From contig CAWCLI010000017.1 of assembly GCA_963796345.1 (NCBI GenBank), forward strand, positions 26,571-90,570: a DNA stretch of 64,000 bases, written 5' to 3'. Positions 40,605 to 50,600 of this stretch are shown piece by piece. Origin of the DNA: Nitrospirota bacterium. GTDB lineage: Bacteria; Nitrospirota; Thermodesulfovibrionia; Thermodesulfovibrionales; Dissulfurispiraceae. The notes below the pieces were generated by a model. It had not been told where the DNA came from and searched no databases. It was given only the letters and a program-made list of their open reading frames with translations. How positions within the stretch are numbered: the first letter of the stretch is position 1; every line of letters begins with the position of its first letter. The translations under genes were made by a program, and so were the position numbers.

Positions 40605-41866
40605 TGGATTTGTTTCAAGAGGAAGACACCTCTCTGGAAAAGGCCGGCGGGAACGACAGTAATACCCCGCTGGCTTACCGCATGGCCCCCCGCACCCTTG
40701 ATGAATATACAGGGCAGGAGCATATTCTGGGCAAGGGTAAACTGCTGAGGCGCGCCATTGAAGCGGACAGGATTACCTCTCTGATCCTTTACGGTCCGCC
40801 CGGCACTGGGAAAACAGCAATGGCAAAGGTCATAGCAAACAGAACAAAGGGGCATTTCGAATGGCTTAACGCCGCAGTTGCAGGCCTCGATGACCTCAGA
40901 AAGATTCTGCAGTCGGCAAAGGCCCGAAGATCAAACGGCATACGCACCGTGCTCTTCCTTGACGAAATTCACAGGTTCAACAAACTGCAGCAGGACGTGC
41001 TGCTGCCGGATGTGGAGGAAGGCGTTATTACCCTTATTGCGGCAACAGTCGAAAACCCTTTTTTCTATGTCAATTCCGCGCTTGTTTCAAGAAGCCAGGT
41101 TTTTGAGTTGAAGCCTCTCAGTGAGGAATCGCTTCTTAAAATCCTGGCCGCAGCCGTGAATGACAAAGAACGCGGGTTGGGCAATCTGGGAATTGTGATC
41201 GATGACGACGCATTACGCCATATCTCAAGGATGTCGGATGGCGACGCCAGGAAAGCTCTTTCAGCCCTGGAGCTCGCTGCACTCACTACCCTCCCCGGTG
41301 CGGACAACTCACTGCATATCACGCTTGCCGTTGCCGAGGAATCGATCCAGAAAAAGGCCGTTGTATATGATAAAAAGGGAGACCAGCACTACGATACTAT
41401 CTCAGCTTTCATAAAAAGTATGCGGGGCTCCGACCCTGACGCTGCAGTATACTACCTTGCCAAAATGCTCTATGCAGGAGAGGACCCGCGGTTTGTGGCC
41501 CGGAGGATAGTAATATGCGCCTCAGAGGATGTAGGCAATGCCGATCCCATGGCATTAGTAATTGCGACATCGGCACTGAGAGCGGTTGAATTTGTGGGTA
41601 TGCCCGAGGCAAGGATACCGCTTGCCCAGGCTTCCATTTATGTAGCCACTGCCCCTAAAAGCAATGCGTGTTACCGTGCAATCGAGGCTGCGACAGAGGA
41701 CATTAAAAATGAAGAGACAATGGAAGTGCCGGACCATTTAAAAGACAGCCATTATCCGGGCGCAAAAAAACTGGGCCACGGCGAAGGTTATAAGTATCCT
41801 CACGACCACGGCGGCCATGTGGAGCAGGAATACCTAAAAAAGAAACGCAGTTACTATAAACCGTAA
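40604..41866 (+). CDS. rarA: replication-associated recombination protein A (AAA+ ATPase, MgsA/RarA)
   Basis: LAYRMAPRTLDEYTGQEHILG....LRRAIEADRITSLILYGPPGTGKT...LFLDEIHRFNK.QQD.LLP.VE.G...LI.ATTENP... The C-terminal MgsA domain reads HYD.ISAFIKSMRGSDPDAA.YYLA.ML.AGEDP.F..RR. Confidence 0.9.
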   Translation: MDLFQEEDTSLEKAGGNDSNTPLAYRMAPRTLDEYTGQEHILGKGKLLRRAIEADRITSLILYGPPGTGKTAMAKVIANRTKGHFEWLNAAVAGLDDLRKILQSAKARRSNGIRTVLFLDEIHRFNKLQQDVLLPDVEEGVITLIAATVENPFFYVNSALVSRSQVFELKPLSEESLLKILAAAVNDKERGLGNLGIVIDDDALRHISRMSDGDARKALSALELAALTTLPGADNSLHITLAVAEESIQKKAVVYDKKGDQHYDTISAFIKSMRGSDPDAAVYYLAKMLYAGEDPRFVARRIVICASEDVGNADPMALVIATSALRAVEFVGMPEARIPLAQASIYVATAPKSNACYRAIEAATEDIKNEETMEVPDHLKDSHYPGAKKLGHGEGYKYPHDHGGHVEQEYLKKKRSYYKP

Positions 41867-41909
41867 TGTGTCGTAAAGTGTAATAGCGTAAAATAAATTT
41901 ATATGCAAA

Positions 41910-42031
41910 ACGGTCTCGTAAAAAGTTCATAGGCAAGGCGCGCAAATCCTGAGACTGACACAGGAGGGTCCCCGAAAAGTCGCAGACTTTTTGGGGCAGA
42001 ACGCAGCATATGAGCTTTTTACGAGACCGTC
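41910..42031. mobile_element. MITE/Correia-like palindromic repeat element, copy 1 (about 122 nt)
   Basis: The terminal inverted repeats are (A)ACGGTCTCGTAAAAAG ... CTTTTTACGAGACCGTC. Both end modules recur, in inverted orientation, at 46625-46748. The element ends 13 nt before the gpmA ATG. Confidence 0.6.
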
Positions 42032-42044
42032 AAGGGGAGGGGTC

Positions 42045-42797
42045 ATGATTAAACTGGTATTACTCAGACATGGGGAAAGCACCTGGAACAAAGAAAACAG
42101 ATTTACCGGGTGGACGGATGTAGACCTTTCCGAAAAAGGCCTTGAAGAGGCTAAAAAAGCAGGCCTTGTTCTGAAAGATGCGGGATTCGATTTTGATGTC
42201 GCTTATACCTCGGTACTGAAAAGGGCCATAAGGACCTTGTGGATTGTCCTCGATGAAATGGACCTTATGTGGCTTCCGGTGCACCATTCGTGGCGTCTGA
42301 ATGAGCGGCACTACGGCGCTTTGCAGGGATTGAACAAGTCGCAGACAGCGGCCTGCTACGGCGAAGAACAGGTGCACATATGGCGCAGGAGCTTTGATGT
42401 CCCGCCCCCCTCTCTCGATATTACGGACCCCCGTTGTCCCGGAAACGATCCTCGTTATAAAGATGTCGGCACCAGGGAACTGCCCCTGGCTGAAAGTTTA
42501 AAAGATACTATTGCACGGTTCCTGCCTTATTGGCACGAGGTCATTGCTCCTGCTATACACTCCGGCAAGAAGACGATGATCGCAGCGCACGGAAATTCCC
42601 TGAGGGCCCTTGTGAAATACCTGGACGCGGTCCCCGACAATGAAATCCTGTCATTGAATATACCGACGGGCATCCCTCTGATTTACGAGCTCGATGAAAA
42701 GGACCTGAAACCCCTTAAGCATTACTATCTGGGCGATGCAGCGGAAATTGAGAAAGCGGTAAAAAAAGTGGCCGGCCAGGGAAAAGCAGCAGAGTAG
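42045..42797 (+). CDS. gpmA: 2,3-bisphosphoglycerate-dependent phosphoglycerate mutase
   Basis: [32 protein letters not shown]...[11 protein letters not shown]...[23 protein letters not shown] Shine-Dalgarno sequence precedes ATG 42045. The track start at 41991 lies inside the repeat element. Confidence 0.9.
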   Translation: MIKLVLLRHGESTWNKENRFTGWTDVDLSEKGLEEAKKAGLVLKDAGFDFDVAYTSVLKRAIRTLWIVLDEMDLMWLPVHHSWRLNERHYGALQGLNKSQTAACYGEEQVHIWRRSFDVPPPSLDITDPRCPGNDPRYKDVGTRELPLAESLKDTIARFLPYWHEVIAPAIHSGKKTMIAAHGNSLRALVKYLDAVPDNEILSLNIPTGIPLIYELDEKDLKPLKHYYLGDAAEIEKAVKKVAGQGKAAE

Positions 42798-42838
42798 CCT
42801 GACGCACGATACCCGACGCTCCTTTGTTATAATAATAG

Positions 42839-44698
42839 ATGCTCCAAGTCAGCAATCTGTCAAAGGCCTACGGACAGCAGGTCATTTTCGATGCAGTCAG
42901 CTTCACAGTCAATGCGGGAGAGCGCATCGGACTGGTGGGAAGAAACGGACACGGCAAAACCACCCTCTTCCGCATGGTCCTCGGAGAAGAGCACCCTGAT
43001 GACGGTGTAATCAGGCTTCCTGCCGGCTATACTGTAGGCCACCTTTCTCAGCACATTCATTTCTCCGAACCTACAGTATTGGAGGAGGGATGCCTTGGAC
43101 TCCACGCTGCCGAGGACGGCAGGGATGAATCTTATAAGGTAAAAGCCATTTTGACCGGACTCGGCTTGTCCCGGGACGATTTCGGGCTCAGCCCCTATGC
43201 GTTGTCCGGCGGATACCAGATACGCCTGAATCTCGCAAAAGTACTGGTAGAAGAGCCGGACCTGCTTCTCCTAGATGAGCCCACCAATTACCTCGACATT
43301 GTATCCATCCGGTGGCTCACCCAATTTTTGCGCAACTGGAAAACCGAACTGATTATAATCACCCACGACAGGGACTTTATGGATAGTGTAACAACGCATA
43401 CCATGGGCATTCACCGGTGCAAGATAAGAAAGATTGCCGGCCCCACCCAGAAGCTCTACGACCAGTTGCTGCAGGAGGAAGAGCTCTACGAGCAGACGAG
43501 GACCAATGAAGAGAAGAAACGCCAGGAAGAGGAGCAGTTTATAAACCGTTTCAGGGCACAGGCAACCAAGGCGCGCGCCGTGCAGTCGAGAATCAAGGCT
43601 TTACAGAAAAAAGAAACCATGGAAAAAATGGTCCAGGCCAGGACCCTTGATTTCGAATTCAAATCTGCTCCTTTCACAGGAAAAGTCCTCCTTAACGCCG
43701 ATGATATCTCATTTGCATTTTCACCTGGGGAGCCTCTCATCAGCGATTTCAATCTCACTATCGGAAAAAACGACCGCATTGCAGTCATAGGGAAAAACGG
43801 CAAAGGGAAAACAACTCTCCTGAACCTGCTGGCAGGAGAATTGCGTCCTGTAAGAGGGTCTGTAATGCATCATCCGCAATTAAGGCCAGCCTGCTTCGGC
43901 CAGACAAATATCAACCGCCTCGACCCCGGCAAAACCGTTGAAGATGAGATACTAGAGGTACTGCCTGAATACAACAGAAAGATAGCCCGGTCAATCTGCG
44001 GAGTTATGATGTTCGAGGGCGATAATGCGCTGAAAAAGATAGAGGTCCTGTCAGGCGGAGAAAGGAGCCGCGTGCTGCTGGGCAAACTCCTTGTAAGCCC
44101 CTCAAATCTGCTGCTGCTCGATGAGCCGACCAACCACCTCGATATGGAATCGATCGACTCGCTGCTGGAGGCGCTACTGGAGTTTGATGGGGCCGTCGTA
44201 ATAGTTACCCACAGTGAATTGGTCCTTCACGCTCTCGCTACACGACTCGTAGTGTTCGATGATGGCCGCGTAAGAGTATTCGAAGGCACTTACAAGGATT
44301 TCCTCGACAGAGTCGGATGGGCGGATGAACCTCCCGTATCGGTCGACTGCGCTGCCCGCCGTAACAGCGCGAGCGTCAACAGAAAAGATCTGCGAAGGCT
44401 CAAGGCCGAACTGGTCAGCGACAGGGGCAAGGTTTTGGGGGCCATCAAAAGCAGGATTTCCAAAACAGAAGCAACGATAATAGAACTGGAACAGAAAGTC
44501 AATGACGATACAGCTGCTCTGCTTGAAGCTTCAGTAAAAGGTGAAAGCGCGTCAATAAAAAACCTGTCAAAAGCACTTCATGCCGCAAAAGAACGGATCG
44601 ACACCCTCTTTGATGAACTATCGGAGCTTACCGAAGAACTTGAATGCAAAACAAAGGCATTCGAAGAAAGACTTAATGCACTGCAATTGGTTGATTAA
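42839..44698 (+). CDS. ABC-F family ATPase (two nucleotide-binding domains, no TM domain, C-terminal coiled coil)
   Basis: The Walker A motifs are GRNGHGKTT and GKNGKGKTT. The signature motifs are LSGGYQIRLNLA and LSGGERSRVLL. A Q/E/K-rich inter-domain linker is present. Confidence 0.9.
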   Translation: MLQVSNLSKAYGQQVIFDAVSFTVNAGERIGLVGRNGHGKTTLFRMVLGEEHPDDGVIRLPAGYTVGHLSQHIHFSEPTVLEEGCLGLHAAEDGRDESYKVKAILTGLGLSRDDFGLSPYALSGGYQIRLNLAKVLVEEPDLLLLDEPTNYLDIVSIRWLTQFLRNWKTELIIITHDRDFMDSVTTHTMGIHRCKIRKIAGPTQKLYDQLLQEEELYEQTRTNEEKKRQEEEQFINRFRAQATKARAVQSRIKALQKKETMEKMVQARTLDFEFKSAPFTGKVLLNADDISFAFSPGEPLISDFNLTIGKNDRIAVIGKNGKGKTTLLNLLAGELRPVRGSVMHHPQLRPACFGQTNINRLDPGKTVEDEILEVLPEYNRKIARSICGVMMFEGDNALKKIEVLSGGERSRVLLGKLLVSPSNLLLLDEPTNHLDMESIDSLLEALLEFDGAVVIVTHSELVLHALATRLVVFDDGRVRVFEGTYKDFLDRVGWADEPPVSVDCAARRNSASVNRKDLRRLKAELVSDRGKVLGAIKSRISKTEATIIELEQKVNDDTAALLEASVKGESASIKNLSKALHAAKERIDTLFDELSELTEELECKTKAFEERLNALQLVD

Positions 44699-44807
44699 TC
44701 ATCAGGTAATCAGCAATTTGCATATTAGCCGATTAGTATATTGGCTAATTCCATTTTCGGATTGCCAAGTACCCAAATGACCAATATTTAATCAACCAGC
44801 CGACTAA

Positions 44808-46304
44808 TCAGAATGATATGTTCTTCTCCGCCATCCTGGCCTTGAGGAGTTCTCCCAGGCTTCCGAGCCCGCCTGATGACTTTTCTTCGCCTTTGACAGA
44901 GTCCCTGTAACGCTTGAAATCTTCCTGCTCTTCTTTCTCCTTGAGCGCCTTGCGGCTCAGGAGCACCTTTCCGCGTCCGTTATCCACTTCACGCACAACA
45001 ACCTGCATGGTTGAACCGGCCGGAAACATACGGCTGTGGTCAGCGCCATTTGGGGTATCCATCTCGGAATTGGGGACAAGACCTGTGACTTCATCCCCTA
45101 TTTTAACGAAAACCCCGAAAGGCATGACCTTATCGACCGTTCCATCGATAATTTCGCCCACGGAAGGCAGAATGATTTTTTTCTCTTCGCGTTTCGGCTG
45201 CAGGGAAAGAGAAAGCTTTCTGTTCTCGGGATCAACCGCGAGAACGTATGCTTCAACAGGCTGGCCAACCTCAACAACCTCTTTCGGATGGTTTATGCGG
45301 CGACCGGCCCCGAGATTAGAGATGTGGACCAAACCGTCTATGCCCGGTCCAACTGAAACAAAAGCACCGAATGGCACCACTCTGGCAATAGTACCGTTCA
45401 CTTTTTCGCCCACCGGATACTGGGCAGCCGCGTTACTCCACGGGTCGGGCTGCATGGCCTTGATGCTCACCGTCAGGCGCTGCTTGTCCCAATCAAGCGA
45501 TATGACCCTTACCGTCACTTCCTGCCCTACGGACAGCACATCCTGCGGCTTTTCTATTCTGGACCATGATAACTCACTGAACGGCACCAGTCCGTCGATA
45601 CCACCTAGGTCTACAAAAGCGCCGAAGCTCTGAAGAGAGCTCACTTTTACGGTTATGTCCATGCCGACAGAAATTGTTTCCTTAAGATGCTCTATTCTGG
45701 CCTGGCGTTCTTCTTCAAGCACGGCACGGCGTGAAACAACGATGTTGCGGCCATTTTCTTTATAATCAAGCACCTTGAAAGGAAATGTCTTGCCTATATA
45801 TTCTGCGCCGGATTGTCCACCCCTTCCGAGGCTGATATGCGACCTGGGACAGAAACAAAGCACGCCGCCTACCGCGACTTCGAACCCCCCTTTTATCTCC
45901 CTCTTCAACTCTCCGTTTATAGCTATTCCTGCACTGAAAGCGTCACGGATCGCATTAAGCCGCAGAGAAGAATAACCGTTCACACGTGTTGTGAGCTGTC
46001 TTATGCCATCCTGCACAGACAGGAAAAAGGCATCGATAAGATCACCCTCGTTCACCCGGCATGTTCCATTTTCGTCGACGAATTCGCTGAGGGCTATCAT
46101 TCCCTCGCTCTTTCCGCCGAGATCGATATACACAGCATCGCCGGAAATACTGATCACTTTAGCCCTGACCCTCTGTCCGGGCCTGAGTCTTTCGGAAGCA
46201 GCGTCGTTCTTTTCAAGCAAGGCGGCAAAACTCTCTTCTTCAAGTGGGATCGTTTCCTGTCCCACAGCATTCAATACAGCATCATTTACAAAATCATCGG
46301 ACAT
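44808..46304 (-). CDS. rpsA: ribosomal protein S1-family protein (multiple S1 RNA-binding domains)
   Basis: EESFAALLEKN....LRPGQRVRAKVISISGDAVYIDLGGKSEGMI parallels the RpsA N-terminus. Five further S1-like repeats follow (G..V.G.V..V..FGAFV.L..GIDGL.H.S). Confidence 0.65.
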   Translation of the reverse strand: MSDDFVNDAVLNAVGQETIPLEEESFAALLEKNDAASERLRPGQRVRAKVISISGDAVYIDLGGKSEGMIALSEFVDENGTCRVNEGDLIDAFFLSVQDGIRQLTTRVNGYSSLRLNAIRDAFSAGIAINGELKREIKGGFEVAVGGVLCFCPRSHISLGRGGQSGAEYIGKTFPFKVLDYKENGRNIVVSRRAVLEEERQARIEHLKETISVGMDITVKVSSLQSFGAFVDLGGIDGLVPFSELSWSRIEKPQDVLSVGQEVTVRVISLDWDKQRLTVSIKAMQPDPWSNAAAQYPVGEKVNGTIARVVPFGAFVSVGPGIDGLVHISNLGAGRRINHPKEVVEVGQPVEAYVLAVDPENRKLSLSLQPKREEKKIILPSVGEIIDGTVDKVMPFGVFVKIGDEVTGLVPNSEMDTPNGADHSRMFPAGSTMQVVVREVDNGRGKVLLSRKALKEKEEQEDFKRYRDSVKGEEKSSGGLGSLGELLKARMAEKNISF

Positions 46305-46426
46305 ATGTTGTACCTCACATTAAGATATTATGAACTTAGGCAAACCCGAAGCCTGCGCACAATGGCTTTTAATATAATAGATTTAAGCAAGTTCAGTCAA
46401 TTAAATGGGATTACTGTTTTTCATGC

Positions 46427-46456
46427 TTTACCCGGCAGGGTCAACAGAAGTATAAT
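46427..46456 (+). promoter_or_regulatory. candidate sigma70-type promoter (TTTACC-18 nt-TATAAT) ending 5 nt before the ATG of the Cys-rich ORF, which may be leaderless
   Basis: The sequence reads tttacc cggcagggtcaacagaag tataat ttaag ATG. There is no Shine-Dalgarno sequence between the -10 box and the ATG. Confidence 0.3.
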
Positions 46457-46461
46457 TTAAG

Positions 46462-46626
46462 ATGGCTGAAGAAAAAGAACAGACCAGGAAAAATCCCTGC
46501 CCGGATTGCACTTTCTGTCAGTGCTGCAGCGAAACGCGTTGCGGCATGTGCCGGCCGCCTGCAAAGAAAAAACCGAAACATGAAAACAAATTAAAGATAC
46601 ACAAACCTCTTTTCAGACCATATTGA
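46462..46626 (+). CDS. hypothetical 54-aa Cys-rich, Lys-rich small protein
   Basis: Too short for the ORF track. My translation is MAEEKEQTRKNPCPDCTFCQCCSETRCGMCRPPAKKKPKHENKLKIHKPLFRPY, with 8 Cys within 18 residues. The TGA stop straddles the first bases of repeat copy 2. Confidence 0.35.
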   Translation: MAEEKEQTRKNPCPDCTFCQCCSETRCGMCRPPAKKKPKHENKLKIHKPLFRPY

Positions 46627-46748
46627 CGGTCTCGTAAAAAGTCCATATGCTGCGTTGCACTGCATCCTTCGTCACTGCGGCGTACAGAAAGTACGCCTCA
46701 TTCCTCAGGATTTGTGCGCCTTGCCTATGAACTTTTTACGAAACCGTC
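46625..46748. mobile_element. MITE/Correia-like palindromic repeat element, copy 2 (about 124 nt, inverted relative to copy 1)
   Basis: GACGGTCTCGTAAAAAGTCCATATGCTGCGTT ... CTCAGGATTTGTGCGCCTTGCCTATGAACTTTTTACGAAACCGTC. Both end modules are reverse complements of those in copy 1. The central part of about 50 nt differs. Confidence 0.6.
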
Positions 46749-46781
46749 TATCTCTGGCGTTGACAACTTTTTACTAGTGTG

Positions 46782-47465
46782 TCAATATCTGCCGCTCATC
46801 AGAAGCAATCTGGCCTTCCACGCCCACTTCCTCTCGGTTTTGCGCTTGTAACGCGGCGAAGCTCTGAATACCGAGACCGCTTTTCTCAGGCATTCCCTCC
46901 CCTCATCTATCTTCCCGGTCTTTATCCTGACAAGCCCCATCTGATATAACCCCCTCGAACTTGAAAGGCGTATTTTCAGAAACTGTTCAAGGAGGGGCTC
47001 TGCTTTATCGTAAGCTCCGGTGTCAATATAAGTTTCTGCCATTTCAAGATATGGATCGCCGTATTTCAAGCCCGGCGAAGCAGCCAAGGCATTATCCACC
47101 AGCATACGGCCTTTGTCGATGTCGCCAGCCCTGGCAGCAGCGATACCGTAATAATAATTGAATTCAGGATCGTCAGACATTTTTGAGGAGGCACGCCCAA
47201 AATATTCGAGGGCTTTCCGATAATTTTTCTTTTCGACCATAAAGACACCGAGTTCTTTCAGCGAACGGGCGTCATGCGGATTGATCGCAATGGTCCTCTC
47301 CAGTTCCCTGATCCTCCCGGCTATCCTGAAAGCCCGCAGCGGGTCCGGAACAACACCGTAATATCTCCTGTCTATGGCAAGGTAAACGGCAATGATAATA
47401 ATCACCGCGAGGATTGGACTTCCGGTAAGCCATGAGAGAAAAAAGAACAGGATGAATTTGCTCAC
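46782..47465 (-). CDS. membrane-anchored TPR-repeat protein
   Basis: The N-terminal TM segments read FILFFFLSWLTGSPILAVIIIIAVYL. TPR-like repeats follow (ALEYFGRA..., YYYGIAAARAGDIDKG, YLEMAETYIDTGAYDKAEPLLEQFL, LYQMGLVRIKTGKIDEG). Confidence 0.6.
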   Translation of the reverse strand: MSKFILFFFLSWLTGSPILAVIIIIAVYLAIDRRYYGVVPDPLRAFRIAGRIRELERTIAINPHDARSLKELGVFMVEKKNYRKALEYFGRASSKMSDDPEFNYYYGIAAARAGDIDKGRMLVDNALAASPGLKYGDPYLEMAETYIDTGAYDKAEPLLEQFLKIRLSSSRGLYQMGLVRIKTGKIDEGRECLRKAVSVFRASPRYKRKTERKWAWKARLLLMSGRY

Positions 47466-47630
47466 TTCTGTTCCCTCCGCAGCAGATCAAGAACTTCCAG
47501 TTCAGACATGCTTCATATAATATCAAATCAGCATCCTGCGCGCAATTATAAGGAAGGGACCGGCAGGATACTCCCCTTCTCCTGCCTTCCTTATGATGAA
47601 ATTTTTTGTAGTAAGTGTAAAATATAGAAT

Positions 47631-50600
47631 ATGAAACTGAGCAGAACGGTTTTATGGAAGTTCTTCGCGGCTGTTGCCCTGCTCCTGTTTGCCGTTCTCT
47701 TCGCATTTGCCTGGTCCGGATATCTCAATATAAAAAAAATCGTGCGCGCCGAAATCTCTTCGTACGCCACCGCACTTATCGGCCAGCGCGTTGATATTCA
47801 GGATATCTCACTGAGTGCTGTTTCAGGCTTTCATCTTCGCAATATCGCCATACAAAATCCGGAGGGCTTTTCCGACGGTCAGCTTCTGCGAATACGGGAA
47901 CTGGCAGTTTCCCCTGATTTTCGGGCTCTTCTGAGGGGAAGACTGCATATTACGGACATTGCCGTCTCTTCGCCGGAAATAAACCTCGTTCACGGTCCGG
48001 AGGGGAGACTGAATATCTCGGAAAAGCTGAGGCATTTTTTCTCGCAGAAGTCCACGCGGACTTACCAGGTGGACACCTTGAGCATACGATCAGGCAGCTT
48101 CGGTCTTGACGGCAGGAAAAGTCTCGGCCTGACAGATATCGATGTGGAATTGCACGCTATTTCTTCCAGGACAGACGCCAAAACCCTGATAAAAGGAAGC
48201 CTTGTCCATGCCGGAGAGAATAAAATACTATTCGATGGATGGTCATATCTCAAGAATACGCCTTTGCGGTTCGCCCTGACCCTCACGTCTCCAGGCTTTC
48301 GTCCGGCTTCCTTGAGCGCCGCAACACACGACGGCCCTCTTGCCAGTATGATCATGGCAGTGCAACTCGCGCTGGAAGGCGACCTTGAAACGGGGATTCA
48401 CCTTTCATCTCATATTACTCTTCATAACCGGAATGCCCTCCGCCTTTTCCTCGAAAAATCCGGGACGACAGATCTTGATGCTCATGCATTTTATAATATC
48501 CGCGAACATTCACTGGCGGTAAATGACGCAACCCTGCGGACCGGGGCCTCTGCCGCAGCCCATATTACAGGCCTCATTAGCGATATCGGTGAAAGGCCCT
48601 CTTACAGTGCTCATGTAAAAATCACAGGCCTGGACCTGTCATCGTTTAATATTTGGAAGGACTTCAAAGTCAGAGGGAAAATCGCGTCCGGTTCTTTGTC
48701 GGTCAAAGGGACCTTTGCCGATGTGGTCCCTTCATTTTCAGGAACTGTCCTCATACAAGACGCGGCGTTCAAATCCGGAGATTTCGATCTCGATAAGATC
48801 AGTGGAGAGCTTTCCCTTTCATCTGCATCCGGCAAGACATTCGCCTTGAACACCCTGGTCTCGGCTGACGTGCAGAAAATAAAAAAGGTGGTTTTCAAAA
48901 AACCATCTGCGGTAAAAATCTCTCTTGCTGCTGATGGGACACCTGATGCAGCGACTCTGCGTGGTTCCGCATCCCTTGGGTCAGCATCCCTTGCTGTTCA
49001 GAACAGTCAAACGGCGTCTTTCGGCAGCGCCAATCTTATTATCAGCGGCTCCTTTCGATCAACCGGGAGAGCAACTGCCTTCTTTGGTGAGGGCTCTGCC
49101 GGGATAAGTGACTTCCTTTATGGCGACATGCATATCCCGTCGCTGACGAGCAGTACCGGATTCAATTTCGCTCACAACACTATTGCACTCACATCCTTCA
49201 GCCTTGACTCGAAAGAAATACGCGGCTCTGCAGATAAAGTGACTCTTGGATTCTCCGCGGACAGCAGTGACTATGCAGCGGACCTGAACGGGGTAAATAT
49301 TTCATTTCCGGCAAAAAAAACCGGGATAAAAAAGGGAGTGCTTCGTATTTCAATGTCGCGAAAAAATAACGCGCTATCAGGCAGCGGGACCTTTTCCACC
49401 GGCGACATTATGTTTCACGGTGACATCCTGGGCTCATTGTCGGGGAGTTGCAGGTTTGACGGCCCAAACTTTTATATTGACCGCGTCCGGGCAGCTTTAC
49501 CAGCGGGGACTATAACGTTGGCAGGCCAGGGAAAGGTTGCGGGAGGGCCTTTTCCATTAAGGATGACCGCTGCTGCGGAAGGCATCGATCTCGGCAAGCT
49601 CGCCGGAATTTATTCAAAATTCACTCCGTTTCCTTACGTTATATCGGGAAAACTTGGAAAGGCGAGTTTTGATGGTTCGATAGAAGGAAGAGATGCCCTT
49701 CACGGCAAAGCCGTTTTCGACGCGCAGAATCTGACGGTGGCCGTCAAACAGGAAACACGCCCGCTTATAAGAGATTGGGCATTGTCTGCGCGCATCGACT
49801 TTAAAGGGAAGGATCTCGATTTTTCGGCGGATGCCGAAAACAAAGGGGTATCCGCTAAAGCTTCGGGTTCAATAAAAGATTTTTCAGAAGCGAAGAGAAC
49901 TGCACAAATTAAAGTAAGCGTACCCTCGGTCAAGGCAACACGGTTGCGCGAGGCCTTCTGGGACATCTGCCCCGATAGCCTTCTTTACGCGGGAATGGAC
50001 GGCGCCGTTTCATCTGAAATCTCTATCGGATATACTAAGGCCGGAGCAGACGCCGTTGGGGCCATTGTATTCAAAGACCTCTCCCTTACGGGGGAGAACG
50101 GCGAATTTGCGATCGGGCCTGTCAACGGCACGCTTCCGCTTGCATACGGAGGCGAAGCCGGCCGGCACGAGGAGACGCCAATGCCGTTATTCGAGCGCTC
50201 AGAATTCGATACTCTTTCCAGAGAGTATTCCCGGCAATTCGCCGGCGAGGGATACAACAGGATTACTATAGGTTCGGCTGGATACGGCTTCAGGATGCTC
50301 GACAACATTACACTATGGGTAAAACGCAAGGGCACCTCTCTGGACATAGGCAGATTCAGTGCAAACATTTTCGGAGGGACCCTCAGCGGCGCCGCATTTG
50401 CCGCGCCGGGCAGAAACATGAGTTATCGAATAGGCTTTCTTGTTAAAGGACTCAGTCTTACGGTGCTTTGTAATGATATTGAACCTATCAGGGGGTACGT
50501 TTCAGGCAAGCTTGACGGGATAGCCGCCTTTAAAGGCATAGGCCCGAATTTGACCGGGTTGATAGGGAAAGCGGATTTCTGGACATATAGCAATAAAAAC

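Noticed and set aside
44689-44797. 10-bp inverted repeat GGTTGATTAA/TTAATCAACC bracketing the ABC-F/S1 convergent spacer, an inner ATTAGCC...GGCTAAT hairpin, and repeated TAATCA motifs
   Set aside because: The stems are short and A+T-rich, the inner hairpin is only weakly terminator-like, and there are no other copies in the window. The pattern may be chance in A+T-rich spacer.
44914-46460. Long plus-strand ORFs (44914-45633, 239 aa; 45813-46460, 215 aa; 45991-46323) opposite the S1-domain gene
   Set aside because: They are Ser/Pro/Thr/Arg-rich low-complexity antisense translations of a well-supported minus-strand gene with repeated S1 domains. They have no motifs and no Shine-Dalgarno sequence.
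47272-47706. 144-aa minus-strand ORF spanning the TPR-gene start and the ydbH-like start
   Set aside because: It overlaps two better-supported genes and the intergenic hairpin. Its translation is Arg/Cys-rich and lacks any motif.
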